Below, piece by piece: positions 1 to 10,003 of a DNA stretch of 64,000 bases. The position numbers and the translations under genes were made by a program. Each line of letters starts with the position of its first letter. Within the stretch, counting starts at the first letter, position 1. The notes beneath the pieces were generated by a model. That model saw nothing but the letters and a program-made list of their open reading frames with translations. It made no database searches and was not told the origin of the DNA. This DNA comes from an uncultured Acidobacteriota bacterium (GTDB lineage Bacteria; Acidobacteriota; Vicinamibacteria; Vicinamibacterales; UBA2999): contig CAVRQR010000015.1 in the NCBI GenBank assembly GCA_963723495.1, positions 34,323 to 98,322 on the forward strand. The letters run 5' to 3'.

Positions 1-1399
1 GCTTGGCTCCCAATCCAAGCGACGCGAAAACCAGAGGAGTGGCTCCTGTGCGTCCCATTTGTTCCGCGCCCGTTTGCGCTCGCCTGCGCGACATAGACCT
101 CTGCTGTTTGGCCGTGAGCTTCTGAGGGCGTCGGGGCCGTAGTTCGCCTGATGACGAAATCGGCGTGAGCTTCTTTCCGATGGTGTAGTGCCACACCAAG
201 GGAATGCTCTCCTGATGCCCGACGTGCCAGCCGTTACAGCTGTCACACGGATACACGTTGAGGCCTTGCGGACAAGTGGGACTTCCCGTGCGACGCGTTC
301 GTCCACACCAACTGTTTAAGGTGCGCATCTGCGGCCGTCTCGAGTGGGATGCGAGATCTTTCCCCGTCTTCTCGCAGTGGCCGAGCGATGCGCCTATGCT
401 CATGCGCGAATCGAGACGACTCGCCCCGGGGCCGCGGTCGCAACCTTCCTAGCGGCGGCCTCGGGCGCGGTGTAGCTGCGTTGGTGTTGAGGTAGACGTC
501 TGCATGTATTCAAACGCGCGTAGCGAGATCGAGCGCGCATCTGAGGGCTTCGGCTCTCCAAGCGACGCTGGCGATCTCTTCTGCGGACAAGGACGACTCC
601 CGACGATGGACGGCCCGGGTCAGCCAATGCGAACACTGTCAGGCGGTGAGAGTGCAAACCGCGCGGCACCGCAACTGCGCGCACCCGTGTGCAGCGTCCT
701 CGCCAAAGTCCTGCAGGGAGAAGACTGTGTTCTCGATGTCCCGCACCAACCGAATCGGTTCGTGACTTCATACGAGGTCTCGAGCGTCGTTCATCACTCG
801 TCCGAGATGACGATTCGCATGGCCACGTGACATTGTTGGCGGGAGAAGGTCGCCTGCTGTGACGCGCTTTGAGCGGCATAGGGTTGGCGCGCAGGTCGAG
901 CCGCCTGGTTCCGTGTTTCGACGTGCTCGTCACACGCCTGGCGAATGATTTGCGAGACCGAGGAGTGCCGCGCGTCCGCCACCGCTTGGAGGGCGTCGCG
1001 CGGAGCTTGTCGGGAGATTGAAGGTCAGCGGACGATAGGGCGCCTCTGCGCCTGACGCCGGGTCGATGGCGCAGTCATACCGCGATGTCGCCGTCGAAGA
1101 AGGTTTCGGGGGACTCCCACTCGTGCACATCCCTGTGCGGTTGTGCGAAGTTGGGGCGCCCGGTGGTTATCCTTCCGAATGCGGCCCCGAAGTCGAGTCC
1201 GACCCATCCGGTCCCCAGGTTACCGGGTTCCTGGAGCTGGCCATCGGGCCCGACCACCGAATCGATGACAAGCATATCCATGAGCCGGCCGAAGGTATGA
1301 GCGGGCGCACGTGCAACGCGGGTTCGGTGGAAGCAAGGCTGCAATGCGCGCGCCGGTCGGAGACGCGAACGGCGGAGGGTCGACCGCAGTCTGGTTCGA

Positions 1400-3058
1400 G
1401 CTCAGGCCGTCTGCGACGTCGTCGGCCTGCTGCAAACCGAGCAACTCGACTGCGCTTGGACGCGCATCACGTATTTCTGGACCTTGCCAGTCACCGTCAT
1501 CGGAAACTCCTCAACCACCTGAACGTAGCGAGGGATCTTGTAATGGGCAATCCGGTCCGAGGCAGAACCGCCGGACTGCGTCCGCGTCCAACGGGACGGC
1601 TCCAGAACGAAGCTTTACCCACGCCATGATCTCCTCGCCGTACTTGAGGTCGGGAACACCGATGACCTGGACGTCCAGGATGTCCGGGTGAGCGTAGAGG
1701 AACTCCTCTACCTCGCGCGGATACACGTTCTCGCCGCCGCGGATGATCATGTCCTTGAGTCGACCGACGATGTTGACGTAGCCCTGTTCATCCATCGTCG
1801 CCAGGTCGCCGGTGTGCATCCAACCTGCGCCATCGATCGCCTCTGTGGTTCTTTCTGGTTCTCGCCAGTAGCCGAGCATCACCGCGTAGCCGCGCGTGCA
1901 CAGTTCGCCAGTGGTGCCGCGGGACACGATGCCGCCGGTCTCGGGGTCCACGATCTTCACTTCGAGATGAGGATGAACACGTCCAACCGTGCCGACCCGC
2001 TTGTCGACGGGGTCGTCGACGCCGGTTTGCGTGGATACGGGTGACGTCTCAGTCATGCCGTAGCAGATCGTCACTTCGTCCATGTGCATCGCGGATACGC
2101 ACTGCTTCATCACGGCGATCGGACAAGGGGAGCCTGCCATGATTCCGGTGCGGAGGGACGAGAGGTCGTACCGATCGAAATCCGGCAGCGCCAGTTCGGC
2201 AATGAACATCGTCGGCACGCCGTACAGGCTGGTGCAGCGCTCCTCCTGCACGGTTCGCAACGTCGCCGCGGCATCGAATGTCGGGGCCGGCACCACCATC
2301 GTCGCGCCGTGCGTGGTGCATGCGAGATTGCCGAGCACCATCCCGAAGCAGTGATAGAAGGGCACCGGAATGCACACCCGGTCCGATCGCCGTGTAGCGA
2401 CAGCCCTCACCGATGAAGTACCCGTTGTTCAGAATGTTGTGGTGACTGAGCGTGGCACCCTTGGGAAATCCTGTCGTGCCGCTCGTGTACTGGATGTTGA
2501 CCGGGTCGTCGAACTGCAGCGTATGCCTCGCGCTCGTGCAGCGCCGACGAGATGTGCCAGCGACTGCGGCATCGAGCAGGTCCTTCCAGCTCTCGGTGCC
2601 CAGAAACACGACACGTTCGAGCGTCGGCACCTTGGATCAGCACGGCGTCGATCATCGCGACGTAATCGCTCGTCTTGTAACTGGTGGCCGCGAGGAGCAG
2701 CCGGCATTCCGACTGGCTGCAGCGCGTACTCAATCTCGTGGGTGCGATAGGCAGGATTGAGGTTGACGAGGATCGCGCCTGCTCGCGCCGCGGCGTACTG
2801 AATGAGCACCCATTCAGCGTTGTTCGGACTCCAGATGCCGATCCGATCGCCTTTTGCAATTCCGGCGCCGAGGAAAGCTCAAGTGCGAGCCTGATCGACC
2901 GCGGAATCGAAATCGGCGATACGTCAAGCGGACACGTTGAAAGGGAACGACCAGCGCCTCTCGATCCGGAAAATCGTCGCGCAGTCTCCCTGCAGGTTCT
3001 CCCCAATCGTTTGTCCGATCAGCGGAACCGTGGACGTTCCGTGCGAGTACGCGAGCAC
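1400..3058 (-). pseudogene. AMP-dependent acyl-CoA synthetase/ligase, split over at least four reading frames
   Basis: ORF 1511-2410 has [15 protein letters not shown] and [45 protein letters not shown] 2049-2630 has the AMP-binding signature [25 protein letters not shown] 2429-2809 begins LIQYAAARAGAILVNLNPAYRTHEIEYAL. My minus-strand translation near 1455-1550 gives [30 protein letters not shown] in another frame. The N-terminus LAYSHGTSTVPLIGQTIGE starts from a GTG near 3058. The 3' end is approximate. Confidence 0.8.
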
Positions 3059-3078
3059 AACGGGGTGCAGTATAGGCT

Positions 3079-3106
3079 TGGTGTCCCCGGGCAGAATCGA
3101 ACTGCC
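3079..3106 (-). other. tRNA 3'-end fragment (T-arm, acceptor 3' strand, discriminator A, CCA); likely an att-site scar, not a complete tRNA gene
   Basis: The minus strand reads GGCAG-TTCGATT-CTGCC-CGGGGAC-A-CCA. This gives a 5-bp T-stem, a canonical T-loop and a 7-nt acceptor strand. No complementary GTCCCCG 5' acceptor strand lies within 80 nt upstream, and no D arm or anticodon arm can be folded. Confidence 0.6.
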
Positions 3107-3109
3107 GGC

Positions 3110-3290
3110 CTAGCGCTGGGTCCCGTTTTTTTTTACCAAGCCTTGCGTCGTGTTCTCGTCGTTCTCGTTGCGATGAGGCGCTCGCTCTACCGAGCCCTCG
3201 CTTGCAACGGGCTTGCAACGGGAGGCATCAAGTCGGCGCATGGCTTCCTGCAATCCTACCCGAGTCGCGTTGACGGAAGTAACCGGTTGT
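3110..3290 (-). pseudogene. C-terminal remnant of a tyrosine integrase
   Basis: The tail of ORF 3110-3625 reads NATRVGLQEAMRRLDASRCKPVA...QGLVKKNGTQR. This parallels the out-of-frame tail of the neighbouring integrase, NATKVGLQEAMRRLDAARCNPVE...QELVKLGGG. DNA 3211-3273 matches 4141-4203 at about 53 of 63 positions by hand alignment. No catalytic domain lies upstream. Confidence 0.6.
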
Positions 3291-3485
3291 TTGGAAAGAG
3301 AAACGGATGGTCTACAGGACCGAATCCGTCGCTTATGACCCGGGCTCTTTGCAGACTGACAATCGCCATAACGCGCATCCCCATGCCTGTACAAAACCGC
3401 ACAGCCGCGAACGCGCAGACCTGACATCATCATCAACTCCGCGAACAGATTGATCCGCAGCCTCCTGCGGCGTGAGGTGGACGGC

Positions 3486-3956
3486 ATGTTCTGCAGAAGG
3501 CTCGTGGGTATTCCCCTTTTGGTGCTCCTCGTCGGACTTGCCGGCTGTGGCGGAACCGATTCTTTGCCTTCGGGGCCATCGGCGGTGCCACCGCAGGCAG
3601 TTGATCCCCCGCCTCCCACAGGCATTTGGTTGGACGGTTACACCCTGACGGGCGTGAGTCTCTCTGGGACCGTGTACGAATCGACAGCGACGGGGCCGAT
3701 GCCGATCGCCGGAGCGCTCGTCTACTGTGAACTGTGCGGGGAAATAACTCACACATGGGCGACTGCTGATGCGAACGGGTTCTATAGCTTTTCGGGCGAC
3801 CTCGCCAACGGCGGAGGGGTCTGGCTGTCGGCAGGAAAACTCACCCCCGCATCGGCTCGGGCCGACGGCTACCACGATCCGAGCGGCCTGCTTGGCCGAA
3901 GAGAAGTGTTGATCGTTGGCGATACCCGATTGGATTTCGAACTCGTTCGACGCTGA
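3486..3956 (+). CDS. lipoprotein with carboxypeptidase-regulatory-like (CarboxypepD_reg) fold
   Basis: Internal Met of ORF 3450-3956. Signal peptide plus lipobox LLVGLAGCGG. The motif GTVYES...PIAGALVYC...ADANGFYSFSGDL is typical of the Ig-like CarboxypepD_reg domain. Confidence 0.5.
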   Translation: MFCRRLVGIPLLVLLVGLAGCGGTDSLPSGPSAVPPQAVDPPPPTGIWLDGYTLTGVSLSGTVYESTATGPMPIAGALVYCELCGEITHTWATADANGFYSFSGDLANGGGVWLSAGKLTPASARADGYHDPSGLLGRREVLIVGDTRLDFELVRR

Positions 3957-4030
3957 CCTCGGGACAAGGCCATATCGGCGTGTGGTCCGTCAGACGACGC
4001 GTCGCCGGGCATCGTGTCGACTCGTATCGA

Positions 4031-5409
4031 TTAGTGGGCCGCGGCACCACCGCCCAGTTTCACTAGCTCTTGCCTCATCTCCGTCACGTGCTGCGTGCCG
4101 ATAGGCTCCGTCCTCTGGGCTGCCACTTGGTTTTCAACGGGATTGCAACGGGCGGCATCCAGTCGCCGCATGGCCTCCTGCAATCCTACCTTGGTCGCGT
4201 TCAGATAGGACGCTGGTCTGCGCGATGTTCGCGTGCCCGAGCATGTGAGAGACCGTGTGCAGCGGCCAGCCGGCTTCGAGCAATCGGCTCCCGGCTTCGT
4301 GTCGCAAATAGTGGAAGTGGGAATCGATCGCCTCGAGGGCCTGTCGACACTCGGGCGTCAGGTCATTCCGCCGCCAGGTGGGCGTGTGGCCGTGGGCCCT
4401 GAGCACGCAGGTTTCCCACGCGCGCTTGACGGCCTTGACACGCGCGCCGACGCCGTCGCCGAAGACGTAGCAGCGATCAATCCCCGCCCGAGCATCGGCG
4501 TCTCTCCGCTCCCCTTGTGGTCCGCTGCGGAAGAGCGTCTCCATCGCCGTCCGCGCCATCTCGAGCACGGCCGCGAGACGCGCGGACATCGGAAGCCATC
4601 GCCCGTCGCCGGTCTTACTGGCCCCGTCCTCTTCGGCGCGGACGATCAGCTCGAGGCCCTCGAAGCTCACGTCGCGCCACTGCAGGGCGAGGAGCTCGCC
4701 GAGTCGCGCGCATGTCTCCAGCGCCCCGATGATGACGCGCTGAAGGTGTGGCCCGGCGTGCTCGAGGAGTTGCGCGTCCTCGCCGACGGCGAGGCGACGA
4801 TTCCGCTGCGCCGTTTTCCGACGTGTGAATTCGGCGTCCGCCGTCGGGTTGCGCGTCAGGTATCCCTTCTTCGTCGCCCACCGGAAGATCGCCTTCACCA
4901 TCTGCACGTAGTCGTTGCGCGTGGAGGCCGCAAAGCCCTTCGCCTGGAGGTGGACGAAGAACACGTCGATATCGTCCTCGGTGAACGCGGTGAGCAGCCG
5001 CGCCCCGTAGGCAGTGGTCGTCCCGGGCGCGGTGAACGCGATGAACTGACGGAAGCACGCCTGATGGTTCTGGCTGACCGGCTTGCCGAGCCGCTCGGCG
5101 TAGTTCGCGCCGAACCGCTCGAGCGTGACGCCGGCGGTCGTCGCTGGTGTGGTCGGCGCCGCGTCCCCGCTCCGACGGAACGTGCCCGCCCGGATCGCGG
5201 ATCGCCAATTGTCCGCGAGCGCCTCAGCCACCGTCTTCGACTCGATGTGCTTCCCCACTTCGGAGTCGACGGAGAACCGCCCCCGGCGGTCCTCCCTTCG
5301 GTGTGAAGTTGAAGTGCCAGGAGTGCGAACACTTCGCCCAGGTGCGCCGCGGGCAGCCGCAAATCTTCCGGAGCCCGCGGTTCTGCTGTCGTTTGCGTAT
5401 CTGGCCCAT
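4031..5409 (-). pseudogene. tyrosine recombinase/phage-type integrase with at least two frame breaks
   Basis: The N-terminal arm MGQIRKRQQNRGLRKICGCPRRTWAKCSHSWHFNFTPKGG (ORF 5224-5409) continues in the frame of ORF 4134-5447 as RFSVDSEVGKHIESKTVAEAL. The catalytic region is HYLRHEAGSRLLEAGWPLHTVSHMLGHANIAQTS. The expected TYLNATKVGLQEAMRRLD tail, which contains the catalytic Tyr, is one base out of frame and would stop at 4031. Confidence 0.8.
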
Positions 5410-5616
5410 TCACTTCGCTCCTTTTCGCCGCTTGCGAGCAGTTGCACCCGAACGAGGAGGTGCCTGCGTCAGCACACCTTTCGTGTCGAGCCACATTCGG
5501 AGCGACCGTCGAATCTGCTCCGAGTACGGCACGCCGTCACGCTCTTTTAACGCCTTCATCCCCTTCAGCAAGTCTTCATCCGGACGAAACGTTACGACTC
5601 GATCGATAGGCGACAT
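5410..5616 (-). CDS. ribbon-helix-helix (CopG-like) DNA-binding protein directly upstream of the integrase
   Basis: Internal Met of ORF 5410-5742: MSPIDRVVTFRPDEDLLKGMKALKERDGVPYSEQIRRSLRMWL. This shows the beta-alpha-alpha RHH pattern. The stop codon abuts the integrase ATG at 5409. Confidence 0.5.
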   Translation of the reverse strand: MSPIDRVVTFRPDEDLLKGMKALKERDGVPYSEQIRRSLRMWLDTKGVLTQAPPRSGATARKRRKGAK

Positions 5617-5665
5617 GTGTCCATTGTAATACAAAGCACACACGATGTCAGTCACTGATTTAAGT

Positions 5666-5890
5666 TCACTCGCCTGACAGTGATTCGGAAACGCGGAGGA
5701 AACCGCGAACCTGCTGATTGATGAGGAAGGCGCGCCGAACAAACGAACTCTCGAAAGCCCGTTTCACCCAGCGCACAAGCCACGATATTTCGTGGGGTTT
5801 CAGAGAAACGAACGGCTCGATGAGATCTTTCTTCACACGTACAAGTTCATCGTTGGGAGAAGAAATCGCAATCAGATCGGCGCGTATCAT
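5666..5890 (-). CDS. hypothetical protein (island cargo, lower-GC stretch)
   Basis: A 74-aa ORF in visibly AT-richer DNA, with no recognisable motif. Confidence 0.3.
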   Translation of the reverse strand: MIRADLIAISSPNDELVRVKKDLIEPFVSLKPHEISWLVRWVKRAFESSFVRRAFLINQQVRGFLRVSESLSGE

Positions 5891-5919
5891 TCGCCAAGAT
5901 CTCGGGGACCAGGAGGCGC

Positions 5920-6573
5920 GTGATGAAGATGAAGAAGATCATTGCGATCATCCTCGCCGCGGCAGGCATTCTTTCAACAGGCGCAGCGGAGACCCGTGCC
6001 GACCCCCTTCTCGTCAAACAAGGTTTCTTCCGAACATTCTTTTTCATCAGACGATGGCATCTTCTCGGGCAATCAAGTACTTTTGTTGTCGAATTATCGG
6101 CAGCGGTGGCGGGAGCTTGACCGGCAGCGGGGTTGTTCACCACGGGTATCCTTGAGGCGCCGTTCGGGACTGCTGTTTTTTGGGGGGGGACGCCATCATC
6201 ACGGTCGGCGGAGTCACTTGTCGACAGCTTCTCGCTTCCTGGCGGCCCACCGCTGTCGAGGCTTTCTGACGTTCAAAAGCCAGGCGTTGACCTTAAACTC
6301 TTTACGGCGAGGTGTCCGTTCACGATGACCGGCCAGCTGATACTAGTGGGAACACAGAACACGAGAGAGAATATAGCGGGGAGCGGCACCGTGCACGTGA
6401 GAGTCGATGCGGCGGTGAGATACCAGCAACGCCCGGTAAGAATTCGCCGCCGTTCCCGACCCATAATGGTCGTTCTCGTGATGAGCGGACTTGTCGCCGC
6501 CGGCTGGTGCGGAGGGCAGCGGCGGAAAGCGTTCGGTTTCCCGCGGCTAGTTCTTGCCCAGGCCGGCCTGTAG
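5920..6573 (+). pseudogene. putative secreted protein with PEP-CTERM-like C-terminal tail; frame interrupted
   Basis: AGGAGG lies 11 nt upstream of MMKMKKIIAIILAAAGILSTGAAETRA, a signal peptide. The 3' end encodes EFAAVPDP in one frame and MVVLVMSGLVAAGWCGGQRRK in the next, giving VP[DE]P plus a TM helix plus a basic tail. The middle part cannot be read in one frame, and a T6G8 tract lies at 6176-6189. Confidence 0.3.
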
Positions 6574-6668
6574 ATTGAAATTCAAGGAAGTATTCTGCCG
6601 TCCACCACGGGTCCAGCTTCGAGAGAAAATCCACTCGAGCGAATTCGCCGACGGCTTCCCAGTCCCCG

Positions 6669-6941
6669 TCACATGACGTCATCTTCGAGCAACGTCCACC
6701 ATTTCCCGATCACTGTGCGCATGTGCGCCCGATGCCTCTTAAGGCGGAGGATTTGATACGTTGTTCCGTCGACGAACAGTGAACGTGCGAAGTGTAGGAA
6801 TCGTTGAACGTTACCGGGTTGCTCATTCATCAAACTCGCGGCTGACCATCGTTGTAGACCAGAACCCGTAGGCCAGAAACGCAAGAACACGAGAGTGCCA
6901 CTAACCGCGAGAGTCCCACTAACTAAGAGCGCTTTTTTCAT
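6669..6941 (-). CDS. hypothetical protein with N-terminal hydrophobic/signal segment
   Basis: MKKALLVSGTLAVSGTLVFLRFW... lies in lower-GC DNA. An ATGA-type overlap with a following ORF (MTSCDGDWEAVGEFARVDFLSKLDPWWTAEYFLEFQ) suggests either a two-gene unit or one frameshifted gene. Confidence 0.35.
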   Translation of the reverse strand: MKKALLVSGTLAVSGTLVFLRFWPTGSGLQRWSAASLMNEQPGNVQRFLHFARSLFVDGTTYQILRLKRHRAHMRTVIGKWWTLLEDDVM

Positions 6942-7547
6942 GTCACTCTCTTCAGTTAATTTGTCTCAACGAGTGCCGTAACTCAATCTGCTGGCCATTC
7001 AACGCGATTCCTCTTCGGATGAACGAATAGTCCAGCCGGAGTGCCGCTGGTGACGGTCCTTTCTACCACAGACATCCGGTTGTCGCAGGGGTCGCCCGCC
7101 CCATCGCAGCCAGCGTGCGGCCATGTTGCCGGTGTGGCTCGCTCGACCCAGCCCTGATTGCAGCACGCTGGCGTGTCGAGATCGATGACGGCTTACCGAC
7201 GTTCTTGGTCTTCATCTCGGCCTCCAGGAACCGGATACCGAGGAATTTCATTGCTCGCCGGCTGAAGCTCAATATAAGATTCGCCATTCCTCAGCCCGAC
7301 GCCCGCCTTCCCTTCCACCCTCGGTCACGTGGACCGGCCTGCCGGCGGATCGGGCTGGCCGTTTGCTCGCGGCAATCTCCCTCGCCGCTGTGATCTCGAG
7401 ACATATGGGAAGCGAAATAGCGAGCGCGCCTGAGGTGAAGGCTCGCGTGTGATACAGTCGCCCGCACCCTTTGTCTGATCTGACTTTTTGAAGCACCCGC
7501 CGCGTGGGTTCCTCATTGAGCCGTTTCTCTGCCGAGGAGGAAACCCT

Positions 7548-7721
7548 ATGCTGTCTGCTCGCACAACATGCCCGCTGTGTCACGGGCTCCACGTCGTTAA
7601 TCTAGCCAATCTGTTGCTCTGTGCGCATCAACGATACTTCCGCTGCGGCAAGCTAACGTGCTGGTGGTGCCTGCCCAAAGGCGCAGACGAGCCAGCCACG
7701 CTGAGTATGTCAGCGTCCTAA
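7548..7721 (+). CDS. small Cys-rich (zinc-ribbon-like) protein
   Basis: GAGGAGG lies 7 nt before the ATG. The product is MLSARTTCPLCHGLHVVNLANLLLCAHQRYFRCGKLTCWWCLPKG, with CxxC and CxxC pairs. Confidence 0.4.
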   Translation: MLSARTTCPLCHGLHVVNLANLLLCAHQRYFRCGKLTCWWCLPKGADEPATLSMSAS

Positions 7722-7738
7722 ATCCCTCGATCCTGATC

Positions 7739-8160
7739 TTACAGGTAACCTGGCTCGCGCAGTGGTACCACGGATCGAAGTCCATCAACGACGCTCCGGC
7801 CACGGATCGTCCCAGTGCCATCGGTGTCCACAAGCCTGGCACTTGAACACGATGCGCTTCGACTGCTGATCCTCGATGGCACCGTACGCCTTTTGCAAAG
7901 CGGACAGACCAAGCCTGTTTTCTGTGTCGGCGCCTGGCTTGTTGACGCGAACACGACGTCGAGTTGTCGTGCCCGTGGCGGATCACCTTTCCACCACGGA
8001 CACTCCGGGTTGTTGCATTGCATCCCCGGCCCGGAGCAGTTGTCGTGCGGCCAGGCAGATCCGGATGCTCTCGCAGATCCATCCGTCTTTACAGCGCCCG
8101 CACGACTTCATTGCTCAGACATCTCCGCTCCCGGCCAAACTTCGGGGAATCGATGACCGG
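7739..8160 (-). pseudogene. Cys-rich zinc-finger-like gene readable only across several frames
   Basis: My translation gives three adjacent-frame pieces. These are CKDGWICE, then EHPDLP, then WPHDNCSGPGMQCNNPECPWWKGDPP...GLVCPLCKR. A third frame gives IVFKCQACGHRWHWDDPWPERR. The frame assignment is ambiguous. Confidence 0.25.
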
Positions 8161-8277
8161 CGATTCGTCTGTCGGCGCGCCTTCTTCATCACGCCCTTGG
8201 ACTCCAACCAAAGGCGGATACCGCGTCGAATCTGTTCTGCCTTCGACACGCCGTCGAGCAGCGAAGAGAGGCCGAGG

Positions 8278-8836
8278 CTATGGCATGGGTGGAGCTACGC
8301 AGAAAGCCGGCCGCGGGTTGATTGTCGGAATCGCACGCAGGAACTCGTAGATGGCCTCGAGCTCACGATCCGACATCTTGCCGTAGACCGGCAGGGCATC
8401 ACCTGCAGGAGTGGCGTGGTGTCCGGAGGATTCCGGAAGTCGGTGCCCTGGTGCATCAGCTCTTTGAACTCCTCGAGAGTCCGGCCGGCCGGGAGTCCGT
8501 TCGCGCGCGGCGTGATATTACGGGACACGAACGGACCGATACGGCCCTCCTGCGAGGTAGCAAAGAGCGTTGATTTGTTCCGGCTCACCCAAAAACGTGC
8601 CGCCCGCCGCGTACGACGGAACCGTATGGCAGCCGTTGCACCCGCCCTGCGCGTTCACGATGTAACTCCCTCGCGAACGAGCGCCGGATGAGCCCCTTCA
8701 TGTTGAGCGGCACTGGTGCCAGGTCCGCGCCTTGTTGAATCCTGCTTCCTTGAGCAACGAGCGCGGCAACCGTCCATACAATTCCGGCGCTCACGAGGAC
8801 TGCGGTCGCCAGTAGGTGTCTGATCTGTATGCGCAT
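8278..8836 (-). pseudogene. c-type cytochrome, at least three frame breaks
   Basis: Signal peptide MRIQIRHLLATAVLVSAGIVWTVAALVAQG (ORF 8585-8836). The heme site VNAQGGCNGCHTV is in an adjacent frame. FVSRNITPRANGLPAGRTLEEFKELMHQGTDF lies in ORF 8295-8588. The C-terminus PVYGKMSDRELEAIYEFLRAIPTINP is in another frame and ends at 8278. Confidence 0.65.
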
Positions 8837-8837
8837 G

Positions 8838-9053
8838 TCACGGCCTCTCAGGAGATGGAGTCAGTTCAAAACCCTCGGAGTCTAACCCAGACCGGGCCTC
8901 GGCTGCATGCCTGCGCAGTTGGAAGTTGAGAGCCGGGCCGGCCGCTGAGGCTAGTTCAGTGCGCGTGAACGTGCCAGGCGCGAAGTCCATCTTGGCGATG
9001 GAGAGTTGGTCGCGTGTGACGGCGTAGTGGCTTCCGAATGCGGGACCACGCAT
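8838..9053 (-). CDS. hypothetical protein, translationally coupled to the cytochrome c gene
   Basis: A 71-aa ORF. Its TGA is separated by one nt from the cytochrome c ATG. Confidence 0.3.
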   Translation of the reverse strand: MRGPAFGSHYAVTRDQLSIAKMDFAPGTFTRTELASAAGPALNFQLRRHAAEARSGLDSEGFELTPSPERP

Positions 9054-9062
9054 CCGTCGATT

Positions 9063-9406
9063 GCCAACGCGAACCTAGCTGAAGCGAACCTGGACGACGC
9101 GAACCTGTCCACGCGATCCTAATGAGGGCGAACCTGGTCCTTGCGAACCTGTCCGGCGCGAACCTGTCCAGCGCGAACCTGTCCGGCGCGGACCTGTCCA
9201 GCACGGACCTAATGACGGCGAACCTGTCCGGTGCGGATCTGGGCCACGCCAACGTGACCCTGGCGAGCCTACGTGATTCGTCACGTTCTCGTGTTGCTCG
9301 TTCACGTCCGCACGCGCCGCGGACAGGGGCAGCGCGAGCCGGACTATGCAAGCCGCTTCACGAATGCCTTCAGTTCCGCTTCGCGCTCAGTCAGCCGCTT
9401 GCGTGA
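9063..9406 (+). pseudogene. pentapeptide-repeat protein fragment
   Basis: [14 protein letters not shown] is followed by a stop. One frame over reads [43 protein letters not shown], the A(D/N)LXX repeat. The DNA shows 15-nt periodicity. There is no credible N-terminus. Confidence 0.55.
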
Positions 9407-10003
9407 GTAGAAGACCTGCCGGCCAGTTGGGTAGCCGTCCTTGCCGATGATCGATCATCCGAGCGCCGCCGCAATCGCCACCTTGCGGAAGCAGACCGCA
9501 GCGCTGCGCGAGCGAAACGTCGCTCTCCGACCACCCGCGCTCGCGAGCGAGCTCGGCGTGTCCAACTTGATCAGCCTTTAGTGCACGCTTGCGCTCCTCT
9601 GGTGTCGGTTCGGGCATGGTCCCGCCGGTCGGTAAACTCACACTTGCCCATGTACTCAGAAAGCGTTTTCATCTGTTTGTCTCTTTTCCTGTTACGTGTT
9701 ATCCGCGCCGCCGTGCCTTCATCTGCTCGACGATTCTTTTGATGGGCGACTCGTCGATCGATTCGGACTGAGTCAGCGCATTCTCGGCAGCGCTAGTAAG
9801 ATTCCGCGAGATTCGACGGCTGCGCCGGCCGCTCGCCCTCTCGCGCAGCGGCGGTGCGCGCGCGGCACGCGTTCGAGCATCTCTGCGCGCCTACCTCGAA
9901 CGCCTCCGCGGAGAGTCGCGAACATCGAAGAGGTCACGACAGGGCCTGAACCCGTAGGTTCGAGAGGATCGATCTCCTTCGGGTTTCTTCGGTCCTAGGG
10001 GTC

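Noticed and set aside
1-1400. Fragments suggesting genes on the minus strand. One is MLVIDSVV...EPGNL, resembling an amidohydrolase start near 1290. Another is YPCDSCNGWHVGH near 200.
   Set aside because: No frame stays open or motif-rich for long enough. I cannot assign a product or boundaries, so the region is left unannotated as probable decayed sequence.
3126-3134. A T9 run that might mark an intrinsic terminator.
   Set aside because: No GC-rich stem precedes it on the plus strand. On the minus strand it is the Lys-Lys codons in the tail of the integrase remnant.
9122-9300. Regular 15-nt DNA periodicity (GCGAACCTGTCC...) that could be taken for a repeat array or a mini CRISPR.
   Set aside because: The repeats are contiguous, with no spacers. 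They translate cleanly as A(D/N)LXX pentapeptide repeats, so this is coding periodicity.
9340-9700. Minus-strand pieces MKTLSEYMGK, PEPTPEERKRALKADQVGHAELARERGWSESDV and [35 protein letters not shown]. Together they look like one small HTH/excisionase-like gene spread over three frames.
   Set aside because: It is plausible, but it needs several assumed frame corrections and has no diagnostic motif. The support is too weak to list as a feature.
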